34,546 bases of DNA from Elusimicrobia bacterium RIFOXYA12_FULL_57_11 (lineage in GTDB: Bacteria > Elusimicrobiota > Elusimicrobia > Elusimicrobiales > UBA9959), in the NCBI GenBank assembly GCA_001800275.1, contig MGVB01000117.1, forward strand, positions 1-34,546, written 5' to 3'. This document shows positions 8,453 to 17,424 of the stretch, in pieces. The position numbers and the translations under genes are program-made. The notes beneath the pieces are model-generated. The model was not told where the DNA came from. It was given only the letters and a program-made list of their open reading frames with translations, and made no database searches. Positions within the stretch are counted from its first letter, which is position 1; each line of letters begins with the position of its first letter.

Positions 8453-8922
8453 CCACCGCCGCAAAGATAATGCCGCTTGGCAAGGCACTGGCGCTGCGCG
8501 CCGCGCTGCGCCGGAAAGGGAAAAAAGCCGTGTTCACCAACGGCTGTTTCGACGTTATCCACGCTGGGCACATAGCCACCCTGGAGACCGCGCGTTCAGC
8601 CGGTGATTTTCTTTTCCTGGGACTGAATTCCGACGCTTCCGTACGCAGGCTCAAGGGCCCCTCCCGGCCCCTTAACAAGGCCGGCGACAGGGCACGGGTA
8701 CTGGCGGCCATGGCCGCCGTAGACGCGGTGGTGATATTCACGGCTGACACGCCGCTCGAACTCATAAAGGCGCTGCGGCCGGACGTCCTGGTAAAAGGCG
8801 CCGACTACCGCAGGGAAACCGTAGTCGGGGCCGGCTTTGCCGGCAGGGTACTCCTTATACCACTTGTCAAAGGCCGCTCCACAACCGCCCTGGCGGCCAA
8901 ACTGGCGCCCCGGAAGCGTTAA
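8449..8922 (+). CDS. rfaE2: D-glycero-beta-D-manno-heptose 1-phosphate adenylyltransferase (RfaE domain II)
   Basis: VFTNGCFDVIHAGH, GLNSDASVRRLKGPSRP, PDVLVKGADY, GRSTT; ATGA overlap with accC. Confidence 0.92.
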   Translation: MTTAAKIMPLGKALALRAALRRKGKKAVFTNGCFDVIHAGHIATLETARSAGDFLFLGLNSDASVRRLKGPSRPLNKAGDRARVLAAMAAVDAVVIFTADTPLELIKALRPDVLVKGADYRRETVVGAGFAGRVLLIPLVKGRSTTALAAKLAPRKR

Positions 8923-8968
8923 TTTAGCTTTCCCTCACACGGCCAATATATTAAAATATAACGATATT

Positions 8969-10177
8969 ATGATTGACATTTTTGAAAAGTGCAGGAACTT
9001 CACCATTGTACGGCGGCTAATGGAATCCGGCATATACCCGTACTTCAAAGAACTAGAGTCCGAGCAGGCCCCTGAAATCACCATCAAGGGGAAAAAATTC
9101 ATAATGTTCGGGTCCAACAATTACCTGGGCCTGGCCAACGACCCGCGCATGAAGACTGCGGCCATAGATGCCATAAAGAAATTCGGCACCGGGGTGGCCG
9201 GCTCACGCTTCCTGAACGGCAACACGGTCCTCCATATGGAGCTGGAGCGCAAACTGGCCGCCTTCAAAGGCCAGGAAGCCGCCCTCATCTATGCCACCGG
9301 CTACCAGATGAACCTTGGCGTAATCTCCGCCCTGGTCGGAAAAGGCGATTTCGCGATTATAGACAAACTGGACCACGCGAGCATCCTGGACGGCTGCAGG
9401 CTTTCCCATGGCGAATTGCGCCGCTTTAAGCACAATAACCCGGCCGACTTGGACCGCGTACTCAGGGAAATCGGCCCCAGGCACGGCAAGCTCGTTATCG
9501 TGGACGGCGTTTTCTCCATGGAAGGCGACATCTGCCCCCTGCCCGAGATAGTAAAGGTGGTAAAGCGGCACGGCGCCCGCCTGATGGTTGACGACGCGCA
9601 CGCTACCGGCGTCCTGGGCAGGCATGGGCACGGCACCAGCGAACATTTCAGCCTGAACCGCAAAGACGTGGACATTGTGGTGGGCACCTGTTCCAAATCT
9701 TTCGCCTCGGTAGGCGGCTTCGCGGTGGGCAACGCGGACATTATCCACTACATACAGCATATCTCCCGCTCCATGATCTTCTCCGCGGCCCTGCCCCCGG
9801 CTTCGGTCGCAGCTATTTCCAAAGCGATAGACATCATAGAAGAGGAACCCCAGCGCATTAAAAAACTCTGGGACAATTCCAGGTACTTGATGAAGCGCTT
9901 CAAGGACATGGGCCTTAACACCGGCGAGACGCAGACCCCTATAATACCGGTGGTCATAGGTGATAATGAAAAGACCTTCCTGCTCTGGCGCATGCTTTAT
10001 GATAACGGGCTGTTCACCAACCCGGTGGTAAGCCCTGCCGTCCCTCCCAAACGCGCCCTGATCCGCGTTGTGGCCACCGCCACCCATACGCGCGAACAAC
10101 TGGACCGCGCCCTGAATATTTTTGAGACCTGCGTCAGGAAAGTCCTGAAGAAGAAACCCGCGGCCCTGGTTAAATAG
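8969..10177 (+). CDS. spt: Alpha-oxoamine synthase family PLP enzyme, serine palmitoyltransferase-like
   Basis: GIYPYF N-terminus, FGSNNYLGL, GSRFLNG, DHASI, DGVFSMEGD, DDAH, GTCSKSF; adjacent to a bCerS-like GNAT. Confidence 0.75.
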   Translation: MIDIFEKCRNFTIVRRLMESGIYPYFKELESEQAPEITIKGKKFIMFGSNNYLGLANDPRMKTAAIDAIKKFGTGVAGSRFLNGNTVLHMELERKLAAFKGQEAALIYATGYQMNLGVISALVGKGDFAIIDKLDHASILDGCRLSHGELRRFKHNNPADLDRVLREIGPRHGKLVIVDGVFSMEGDICPLPEIVKVVKRHGARLMVDDAHATGVLGRHGHGTSEHFSLNRKDVDIVVGTCSKSFASVGGFAVGNADIIHYIQHISRSMIFSAALPPASVAAISKAIDIIEEEPQRIKKLWDNSRYLMKRFKDMGLNTGETQTPIIPVVIGDNEKTFLLWRMLYDNGLFTNPVVSPAVPPKRALIRVVATATHTREQLDRALNIFETCVRKVLKKKPAALVK

Positions 10178-10201
10178 GCCCCGGCCCGCCCGGCCAATTT
10201 T

Positions 10202-11317
10202 ATGTCAATAACCGTCAGGGAACTCGGCGAGGCCGGACTCGGCGCTTTCATAGATTACCCATACGACCTTTTCCGCACCCACCCGCACTGGGTGGGCGAA
10301 CTGAAGAAGGACACCCGGCACCTCCTGGAGACGGCCCATCCTTTTTGGCGCCACGGAGAGCGCTCCCTTCTTATAGCCTACCGGGACAACCTCCCGGTAG
10401 GACGCCTGGCGGCCATAATCAACCGCGCGCACAACTCATTTCACGGTGAAAACTGCGGTTTTTTCGGATTTTTTGACTGCGCCGACGACAAGGAGGCCGC
10501 CGCCGCCTTGTTTGCGGCCGCGGAGAAGTATCTACGCGCCAAAGGGATGGACAAAATACGCGGCCCGGTAAACCCCTCCACCAACGAGACCTGCGGCCTC
10601 CTGATCAGCGGTTTTGACGCGCCGCCGATGATAATGATGCCCTACAACCCGCCTTATTACGCCGGCCTGATAGAGGCCGCGGGGTTCGCCAAGGCCAAAG
10701 ATCTCTTTGCCTTCAGGATGGAGGTGTCATCCGGCCTGGATGAGCGGTTCGAAAAAATAATACGCCGCGCCACGCGGGGCAAGGATATCACCGTGGAGCT
10801 GGTGGACGTAAAGAACCTGGACGGCGCCATAGCCGACCTTAAGGACATATACAACTCCGCCTGGGAAAAGAACTGGGGGTTCATCCCCATGACGGACGCG
10901 GAACTTGACGACCTGGGGCGCGCCCTTAAACCGCTGCTCAAGCCGGACTACCTGTTTTTCGCCAAGGTCGACGGCAAAACGGCCGCTTTTGTGCTTATGC
11001 TGCCCAATTTTAATATCCCCCTTAAGACCGCGCGCGGCGCGCTTAACCCGCTGACGCTGCTGCCGTTCCTTTACAAGATGTTCTTCAAGATACGGTCCGG
11101 CCGCCTGCTGGCTTTGGGCGTCAAGAAAGAATTCCGCAACCGCGGCCTTGAGATACTGCTCATAAAACAGGCCATCGAAGCCGGGCGCCGCATGAACTGG
11201 GAATACGGCGAAATGTCCTGGACCCTGGAAGACAACACCGCCATAAACAACGTCATCGAAGCGGTTGGCGGCAGGGTGTACCGGGAATACCGCATTTACG
11301 AAAAAACCGTTCATTAA
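10202..11317 (+). CDS. GNAT-fold N-acyltransferase, bacterial ceramide synthase (bCerS)-like
   Basis: FGFFDC.DD..AA.ALF, RGPVNPSTNE.CGLL..GFD.PP.IMMPYNPPYY, NWGFIPMT, LGVKKEFRNRG, SWTLEDN. Confidence 0.72.
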   Translation: MSITVRELGEAGLGAFIDYPYDLFRTHPHWVGELKKDTRHLLETAHPFWRHGERSLLIAYRDNLPVGRLAAIINRAHNSFHGENCGFFGFFDCADDKEAAAALFAAAEKYLRAKGMDKIRGPVNPSTNETCGLLISGFDAPPMIMMPYNPPYYAGLIEAAGFAKAKDLFAFRMEVSSGLDERFEKIIRRATRGKDITVELVDVKNLDGAIADLKDIYNSAWEKNWGFIPMTDAELDDLGRALKPLLKPDYLFFAKVDGKTAAFVLMLPNFNIPLKTARGALNPLTLLPFLYKMFFKIRSGRLLALGVKKEFRNRGLEILLIKQAIEAGRRMNWEYGEMSWTLEDNTAINNVIEAVGGRVYREYRIYEKTVH

Positions 11318-11347
11318 CTATTCCGCAATCATTATTTAACCGGCCGC

Positions 11348-11356
11348 TGCCATAAT
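11348..11356 (+). promoter_or_regulatory. Extended -10 promoter (TGcCATAAT), probably leaderless
   Basis: Hexamer ends 6 nt before ATG 11363; no Shine-Dalgarno. Confidence 0.5.
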
Positions 11357-11362
11357 ATACTC

Positions 11363-12541
11363 ATGAAGTTTTCAAGTCTCGGTAAACTTAAGAATATTCC
11401 CGCGCCCGCCGCTGTTGTCCAGCCGGCGCCGGTCGCCGCGCCAGAAGAAAAAATTCCCGCCCCGGAGCCGCAAAGCCAGGACACGGCCATCCCCGCAGAA
11501 AGCGCAACCCCCCCGGCCCAGGTTTCCAGGCCCGCGCGCACCCTTAAAACCCCGACGCCCGTAGCCGCGCCGGACGTGCCGTTCGAGGAACTGGATGCCC
11601 GGGCCAGAGAAATTTACACGAGCCTGATGGCCCAGGCCAGGGAACTGCTAAGCCGCACGCAGCAGCCCTATACGGAGCAATATGAAGCCGTAAGGCGGGG
11701 CTGTGAAGCCGCCGCTGAAGAGCTGAAGACCAACCCGGTGCTTTTGAACTACAGCGCGTATTCGACTTCGGGAGACTACCTGGCGGGACACACCGCTAAC
11801 ACCACACTGCTGGCGCTGGCCATGGGCCTTGCCGCCAGGCTCAGGCCCGGAGAGTTGAGCCTCCTGGGTTTTTGCGCCATGGCGCACGACATCGGCATGA
11901 CCGCCTACAGCCATCTTTACAATAATGAGGCCCGCCTCAATGAGGATGAGTTCGCCGAAATGGCCCTGCATGCGGAGGAAGGGATAAGAAAACTCGACCG
12001 GATAGTAGACCTTGACTACCGTATAAAAGACCGCGCAAAAACCGTGATATTGCAGGTCCATGAGCGCCTGGACGGCGGCGGCTACCCGGATAGGCTTTCC
12101 AAAGAAGAAATAGACCCCCTGGCCCAGTTCATAGGAATAGCCGATTCCTACGAAGCCCTCACCCACCCGCGGGCCTGGCGCGCCGCGATATCCCCGCCGG
12201 AAGCCGTTAAGACGCTTTTAGAAAAAGAGGGGCGCGGGTTCAATTCAAAAGCCATAAAAGCGCTGATTGGAGCCCTGTCCATTTATCCACCCACTTCGCT
12301 GGTGGCGCTTTCGACAGGAGAGATCGCGCGGGTGATACAGGTTAACCCCGGTTCACTCACCCGGCCCCTGGTAGAAATTTTCCTGGACGGAAAATTCCGC
12401 CAGACGGCGAAAAAAACACTTAACCTGCTTAAACACCCGCTCACCGCTATAGAGAGAGGCGTGCCATTTAAAGAACTGGAGAAGAACAACCCCGAACTAG
12501 CCGCCAGCCTGGAACTGGCCGGCTGGTGGGTGGAGTGGTAA
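11363..12541 (+). CDS. HD-GYP domain protein (putative cyclic dinucleotide phosphodiesterase)
   Basis: AHDIG, HERLDGGGYP, IADSYEAL..PR.WR; Pro/Ala-rich N-terminus. Confidence 0.88.
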   Translation: MKFSSLGKLKNIPAPAAVVQPAPVAAPEEKIPAPEPQSQDTAIPAESATPPAQVSRPARTLKTPTPVAAPDVPFEELDARAREIYTSLMAQARELLSRTQQPYTEQYEAVRRGCEAAAEELKTNPVLLNYSAYSTSGDYLAGHTANTTLLALAMGLAARLRPGELSLLGFCAMAHDIGMTAYSHLYNNEARLNEDEFAEMALHAEEGIRKLDRIVDLDYRIKDRAKTVILQVHERLDGGGYPDRLSKEEIDPLAQFIGIADSYEALTHPRAWRAAISPPEAVKTLLEKEGRGFNSKAIKALIGALSIYPPTSLVALSTGEIARVIQVNPGSLTRPLVEIFLDGKFRQTAKKTLNLLKHPLTAIERGVPFKELEKNNPELAASLELAGWWVEW

Positions 12542-12945
12542 TGAGCAAACGCCAACTGCTTTTCATAGAAGACGAGGGCTATGTTATTGGCCGGGTCAAT
12601 GACATAATTAAAGGTTTCCCCCAATTCGAAGTCACTCATTGCGACAACGCCGAAGAAGCCCGCGAGCTCCTGGCCGGCCGGGTTTTTGACGTAGTAATAA
12701 CCGACATTTACCTGCGCGGAGTTTCCGCCCTGGAACTTTCTTTCAAGGCAAGGGAGAAAAACCCCGACACCTGCGTCATAATAATTACCGGGCTGGACAA
12801 TGTTGAACTGGCCACCAAGGCGGTGAAGGAAGGGGCTTTGGACTTCATCATCAAGCCGCCCGGGCTGGAACGGCTGACCAACACGCTCAGGCTTTTTACT
12901 CTGGTGCGGGGACTAGCGCCGCAGAATGGAGGAGAGAAGCCGTAA
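12541..12945 (+). CDS. Single-domain response regulator receiver
   Basis: LFIEDE, VVITDIYL, IIITG, GALDFIIKP; TAATG coupling to the HD-GYP gene. Confidence 0.9.
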   Translation: MSKRQLLFIEDEGYVIGRVNDIIKGFPQFEVTHCDNAEEARELLAGRVFDVVITDIYLRGVSALELSFKAREKNPDTCVIIITGLDNVELATKAVKEGALDFIIKPPGLERLTNTLRLFTLVRGLAPQNGGEKP

Positions 12946-13761
12946 CGGGCGCAGCAGGTACGCGCCCGGGGAACTTGCGCCGTAACGGCGCCGCATGAAC
13001 CTCTGCTCCGGGAAAAGGTACCGGGCAAGCAGTACCGGCCGGTGCAGCACGGGCAGCAGGTACTCCAGCGCGGTTGAATGTTTTAAAGCGGCTTTCATAA
13101 AGAAGGCCGCCTTTATTTTTTCCGGGCCACGCACAATGAAGTTCCCGACCGCGGCCTCCGGGACAACACCGGCGGCAAGCAGCCGCGCTATTACCGGCCA
13201 AATTACGGGACGAAGGCCGTAAAATCCGGCCTTACGCGCGGCCGCGCTCCAGAACATCGGGCCGTGCACTTCCAGCGCCTTGCGTGCTATGCGGGAACAG
13301 TCCTCTACGGCGCGCGCCGGCAGTTCGCCGTGGTGCAGCAGCGGGTGGGCGGCGCTGTGCAGGAACAGGTCGGGCAGGTTAAGCGCAAGGCCTTCGGGGC
13401 CGGGTTCAAGGCCCCAGTCAAAAAGTTCCTCTGTATTTTTTATGTGCCAGAGGCCGGTATGTATATCTATTATCGCTGGCGGCGCGCTGCCGGAACCGGG
13501 GCGCTGCCAGGCATCGGCGCTGCCGGGCATGGGTTCAAAACCGAGTTCGGCCAGGATCTTCTCGAATTTAAGCAAATCTTTGGAGCGCAGCAGGATGTCC
13601 GCGTCCGTCATGCCGCGTTCGCCTAATTGATAAAGGCCGAGCTCCAGCAGGGCGGCGCCCTTGAGCGCCACGGTTTCTATGCCGGCCTTAAAAGCGGCGG
13701 CGCGCGCCTCTTTAAGGGCGCCTAAAAGCAAAATTTCTCTGGCCGCTATCGCTTTATCCAT
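12913..13761 (-). CDS. Nucleotidyltransferase family protein (NTP_transf_5-like)
   Basis: VALKGAAL...Y...ERGMTDADIL and IDIH motifs; start set at ATG 13761 because the upstream extension crosses a palindrome. Confidence 0.8.
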   Translation of the reverse strand: MDKAIAAREILLLGALKEARAAAFKAGIETVALKGAALLELGLYQLGERGMTDADILLRSKDLLKFEKILAELGFEPMPGSADAWQRPGSGSAPPAIIDIHTGLWHIKNTEELFDWGLEPGPEGLALNLPDLFLHSAAHPLLHHGELPARAVEDCSRIARKALEVHGPMFWSAAARKAGFYGLRPVIWPVIARLLAAGVVPEAAVGNFIVRGPEKIKAAFFMKAALKHSTALEYLLPVLHRPVLLARYLFPEQRFMRRRYGASSPGAYLLRPLRLLSSILRR

Positions 13762-13814
13762 ATTAGACCACGTACTTATACTCCGAGCATTAACACTCAA
13801 ACCTCGCGCGGTTC

Positions 13815-13898
13815 TGTCGGCGCGGCCAGGGTGGGGCTTTGTGAACCCGGAAGAGGGAACCCTGCAAAGCCCCACCCTGGCCGCACCTCCGGCAACGC
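13815..13898. repeat. Palindromic intergenic element, family B copy 2
   Basis: Perfect 20-bp inverted repeat 13822-13841 / 13865-13884; loop AACCCGGAAGAGGGAACCC matches the reverse complement of 787-805 at 18/19. Confidence 0.8.
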
Positions 13899-14070
13899 TC
13901 ATCCGCTTAAAATTTAAATCCGCCGTCCCTTTACCTATCAGTGATTTTAGAATATGGGAGCAGGGCCGTAAAGGACAAACCGGGGCGCCATTTAAGCGCC
14001 GGCGCTGTTGCGCACTTTTATAAATGCGATAATATAGCGTGGTTTTATCCTGTCCGCACAGAGGGGAACA

Positions 14071-15603
14071 ATGACCGCCAAGACCGAAAAGGCCGAGCGC
14101 CAGAAGAAGCTTTCAGAGTTTTTCAGGATACTCTCAATTCCCATAATCCTGGCGGTGGTGAATTCCACTTTTTTTAAGATGGCTATGACCGCCCTTACGG
14201 GGATGCCGCGCGGCAATTCCGGAGGCAACCTGGTAAACGTTACCCTGGGCAGCCATTACATAGGAGCTTCTTTCGGTTTCTCCTTCGGCATTATGACGCT
14301 GCTGGTCTACCTCTGGGGCAGGCCCGCGTACCTGTACATCGCAAACCCCGACGAGCGCCTGAAGGACAAGATACGGCGGCGCCTCGGGAATATATACAGG
14401 GACGCTTTCCTTATGGTGCTCGGCGTACAGTGCTTATCGCTGGGCATCGCATTCCTCGCCCCGGGCACAATATCGGGAGCGGAATACGCGGCGGCCGGCG
14501 TGTCCTTCCTGGCCCAGGCGGCGCTGCTGGTGGTCTACATAGACGCGCACCTCTCTAAGCAGAAGTTACTTATGGAGGCGCTTTACTCTGCGCAGGAGCT
14601 GGCGCGGCTGCGGCCCGGCTTCGCCCTGCCCATTTACATAAGAATAGCCGCCCTGATAGTCGGCTTCGCCATACTGCCTTTCATGCTGATCTACCTCGCT
14701 TTTCTCAACCGCGTGCCGTGGGACAATTTCTCCGGCGAGTTCGTCATGCTGTTGTTTATTTCTTCCGCGCTGCTGCTCAACGGCCTTTCCAGCATTTACA
14801 ACGGGATCCAGCTGCCGCTGGACGGCCTTATCGCCAAGATGAAGCGCGTCTCCGGCGGCGACTACGGCGTTAAAACGCGCATTTATTTCTCCGACGAGGT
14901 GGCCTTGCTGAAGGCCGGGTTCAACGAAATGACGGAGGGCCTGCGCGAGCGCGAGGAGCTGCGCAATACCTTCGGCCGATACATGTCCATAGAGGTGGCC
15001 CGCCAGCTGCTGAAGAACAAAAAGGTGCACCTCGGGGGCGAGCACCTGGAAGCCGCCGTCATGTTCTGCGACATCCGCAACTTCACCCCGCTCAGCGAGA
15101 ACCTGTCGGCGGCGCGGCTGGTAGAATTCCTCAACCATTATTTTTCCTACATCACCCCGCCCATAACCGCCAACTCCGGCGTTATAAGCAAGTTCATCGG
15201 CGACGCCGTGATGGCCGTTTATACGCCAATGATGGGCTCGGAAAATTACGCCGCGGACGCCGTGCGCGCGGCGCTGGCCATGCGCCGGGCCCTGGCGGAG
15301 TTCAACGCCTCGGGGAAGGGCCCGGGACCGGTGCAGTTCGGCATAGGGATACAGACCGGCGGCCTGGTAGCCGGAAATATCGGCACGCTCAGCCGCCTGG
15401 AGTATACTTTTATAGGGGACACCGTGAACATCGCCGCCCGCCTCGAATCAAAAACCAAGGACCTGGGCACCGATATCCTCATAAGCCGGCTGGTACTGGA
15501 AAAGGTCGGCGGGACCCTGGACGGGGAAGCCAGGTTCGAGAGCGTGGGCCCCGTGGCGCTGAAAGGAAAAGCCGAACCGCTGGAACTTTACAAGGTCCTG
15601 TAG
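14071..15603 (+). CDS. Membrane-bound class III adenylate cyclase with HAMP domain
   Basis: Multiple TM segments, HAMP (DEVALLKAGFNEM), MFCDIRNFT, KFIGDA, EYTFIGDTVNIAARLES. Confidence 0.92.
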   Translation: MTAKTEKAERQKKLSEFFRILSIPIILAVVNSTFFKMAMTALTGMPRGNSGGNLVNVTLGSHYIGASFGFSFGIMTLLVYLWGRPAYLYIANPDERLKDKIRRRLGNIYRDAFLMVLGVQCLSLGIAFLAPGTISGAEYAAAGVSFLAQAALLVVYIDAHLSKQKLLMEALYSAQELARLRPGFALPIYIRIAALIVGFAILPFMLIYLAFLNRVPWDNFSGEFVMLLFISSALLLNGLSSIYNGIQLPLDGLIAKMKRVSGGDYGVKTRIYFSDEVALLKAGFNEMTEGLREREELRNTFGRYMSIEVARQLLKNKKVHLGGEHLEAAVMFCDIRNFTPLSENLSAARLVEFLNHYFSYITPPITANSGVISKFIGDAVMAVYTPMMGSENYAADAVRAALAMRRALAEFNASGKGPGPVQFGIGIQTGGLVAGNIGTLSRLEYTFIGDTVNIAARLESKTKDLGTDILISRLVLEKVGGTLDGEARFESVGPVALKGKAEPLELYKVL

Positions 15604-15684
15604 GCAGGAACAAAAGAGCCCTCTCGTTAAAGCGGGCGGCCTGTTTTGCCGGCGGACGAAGCGCCGTCTTCCGGCGCCTACGGG

Positions 15685-16005
15685 TCAGCCAAAAGGTCTT
15701 TTTAATTCCCCGGCAGGATACACGTTCTGCACGGAGTCGAATTTCAGGCCGTAAAGGTTTCCGGCGCCCTCCTTCCTGGTCCAGACGACCTGCGCGGAAA
15801 TATCAAGCACGCCTTTTTCCAAAAGCCTTATGCGGAGCCTGAGCCTGGCCCCGTTCGCCATTGCATTAACGGAAAAAAAAGCCGCGCCGGTAGCGGAAAA
15901 ATCTATCAGGCGCCCGGAATCCAGCAGTTTGCCGGCCGGGCTGAAGATCTCCACCACCGAATCGTGCCTTTCACGCTGTGCACGGCGCTTGTCCTTGTTA
16001 TTCAT
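15685..16005 (-). CDS. PilZ domain protein (c-di-GMP receptor)
   Basis: RxxxR (RRAQR) and DxSxxG (DFSATG); VVW..YGLKF tail. Confidence 0.88.
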   Translation of the reverse strand: MNNKDKRRAQRERHDSVVEIFSPAGKLLDSGRLIDFSATGAAFFSVNAMANGARLRLRIRLLEKGVLDISAQVVWTRKEGAGNLYGLKFDSVQNVYPAGELKRPFG

Positions 16006-16116
16006 AAACCCCCGGGTTTGCGGCACCGGACGCCTCCCCACACGCGTATATTATATATTTTTGCGCCAGGGTCGCGCTTTCAGCGGCGCGCAAAATTTGT
16101 ATTATTATCAAAAGCC

Positions 16117-17397
16117 ATGGAAAACGGAATTTATTATCCCGAAGACAAGCTTCCTCTGGCCCGGCTTATCCCCATGGGCATGCAGCATGTTGTGGCCATG
16201 TTCGGCGCCACGGTACTGGCGCCCATACTCATGGGGTTCAACCCCCAGACCGCTATTTTCTTTTCCGGCATAGGCACGCTCCTTTTTATCGTTATAACCC
16301 GCGCCAAGGTCCCCAGTTACCTGGGCTCCTCCTTCGCGTTCATCGGCCCCGTGCTGGCCGTCACCGGCGGCGCGGCGGAGAAGATTCCTTTCGCGCTGTG
16401 CGGCATAGCCGGCGCGGCCGTACTGTACGCCCTGGCGGGGGCCGCCACGGTAAAATACGGTTCAAAATGGATAGACCGCCTGATGCCGCCTGTCGTCACC
16501 GGCGCCGTGGTGGCGCTCATAGGCCTCAATCTCTCCTCCGCCGCCGTAGGGAACTTCATTAATTCTGATTTCCGCCTGGCAGGCGGCCGGGACGCGCTGA
16601 AGCTGCTGGCCGCCTGCGTTACATTCTCAGTGGCCGCCGCCGTGTCCATTTACTTCCGGGGCTTCCTGCGCCTGCTGCCCATACTTACCGGTGTGGTAGT
16701 CGGTTACGCTCTTTCCCTGCTGCTGGGCATAATCGGTCCCGGACAGCTGGCGGCCATACACGACGCGGCCTGGCTGGGCCTGCCGCCATTTACAGCGCCC
16801 GCTTTCAGTTTCGAGGCCCTGCTGGTCATAGCGCCCGTGTTCGTAGTGCTGGTAGCCGAGAACAAAGGCCACATAGAGGCCATCTCCGGGTATATGAAAC
16901 GCGACCTCGGCCCGCACCTGGGCCGGGCCTACCTGGGCGATGCGGCGGCCAGCTTCGTTTCGGCCATGGGCGGCGGCACACCGCAGACCACCTACGCCGA
17001 GAACATGGGCGTGATGGCGATAACCCGGGTGTTCAGCGTTTACAATTTCATGGCCGCAGCCTGCATAGCGCTGCTGCTGGGACTATGCCCCAAATTCGGC
17101 GCGGTGATCTTGTCCATCCCCGGCCCGGTGCTGGGCGGGGTAACCCTTATACTTTACGGCCTCATAGCCATGATGGGCATCAAGATCTGGCTGGACGCGA
17201 AAGTGGATTTCTGCTCGCACAAGAACCTGATTATCGCCGGCTCGTCGCTGATCATCGCCACGGGCCTGGGAGTTAAAGGGGTCACTGTCGGCTCGGTGAA
17301 TATCGCCGGCATAGCTTTCGGCACGGTGTTCGCCGTGCTGATCAACCTGGCGTTGTCCCTTGGCGGCGCCGAAGAGAAAGACGGGACCTGCGCCTGA
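16117..17397 (+). CDS. uraA: Uracil/xanthine permease (NCS2 family)
   Basis: QHVVAMFGATVLAP, PSYLGSSFAF, PPVVTG, TTYAENMGVMAITRV. Confidence 0.92.
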   Translation: MENGIYYPEDKLPLARLIPMGMQHVVAMFGATVLAPILMGFNPQTAIFFSGIGTLLFIVITRAKVPSYLGSSFAFIGPVLAVTGGAAEKIPFALCGIAGAAVLYALAGAATVKYGSKWIDRLMPPVVTGAVVALIGLNLSSAAVGNFINSDFRLAGGRDALKLLAACVTFSVAAAVSIYFRGFLRLLPILTGVVVGYALSLLLGIIGPGQLAAIHDAAWLGLPPFTAPAFSFEALLVIAPVFVVLVAENKGHIEAISGYMKRDLGPHLGRAYLGDAAASFVSAMGGGTPQTTYAENMGVMAITRVFSVYNFMAAACIALLLGLCPKFGAVILSIPGPVLGGVTLILYGLIAMMGIKIWLDAKVDFCSHKNLIIAGSSLIIATGLGVKGVTVGSVNIAGIAFGTVFAVLINLALSLGGAEEKDGTCA

Positions 17398-17424
17398 ACG
17401 GGCCCGCCGCAGAACGGAGACAAA

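Noticed and set aside
8969-10177. BioF (8-amino-7-oxononanoate synthase), suggested by nearby accB/accC
   Set aside because: No other bio genes are present, and the YPYF-type N-terminus plus the adjacent bCerS-like GNAT favour Spt; not fully excluded without a phylogeny
13955-14015. c-di-GMP-I riboswitch upstream of the adenylate cyclase (GGACAAACC)
   Set aside because: The GNRA tetraloop/receptor and second stem of the motif are not evident
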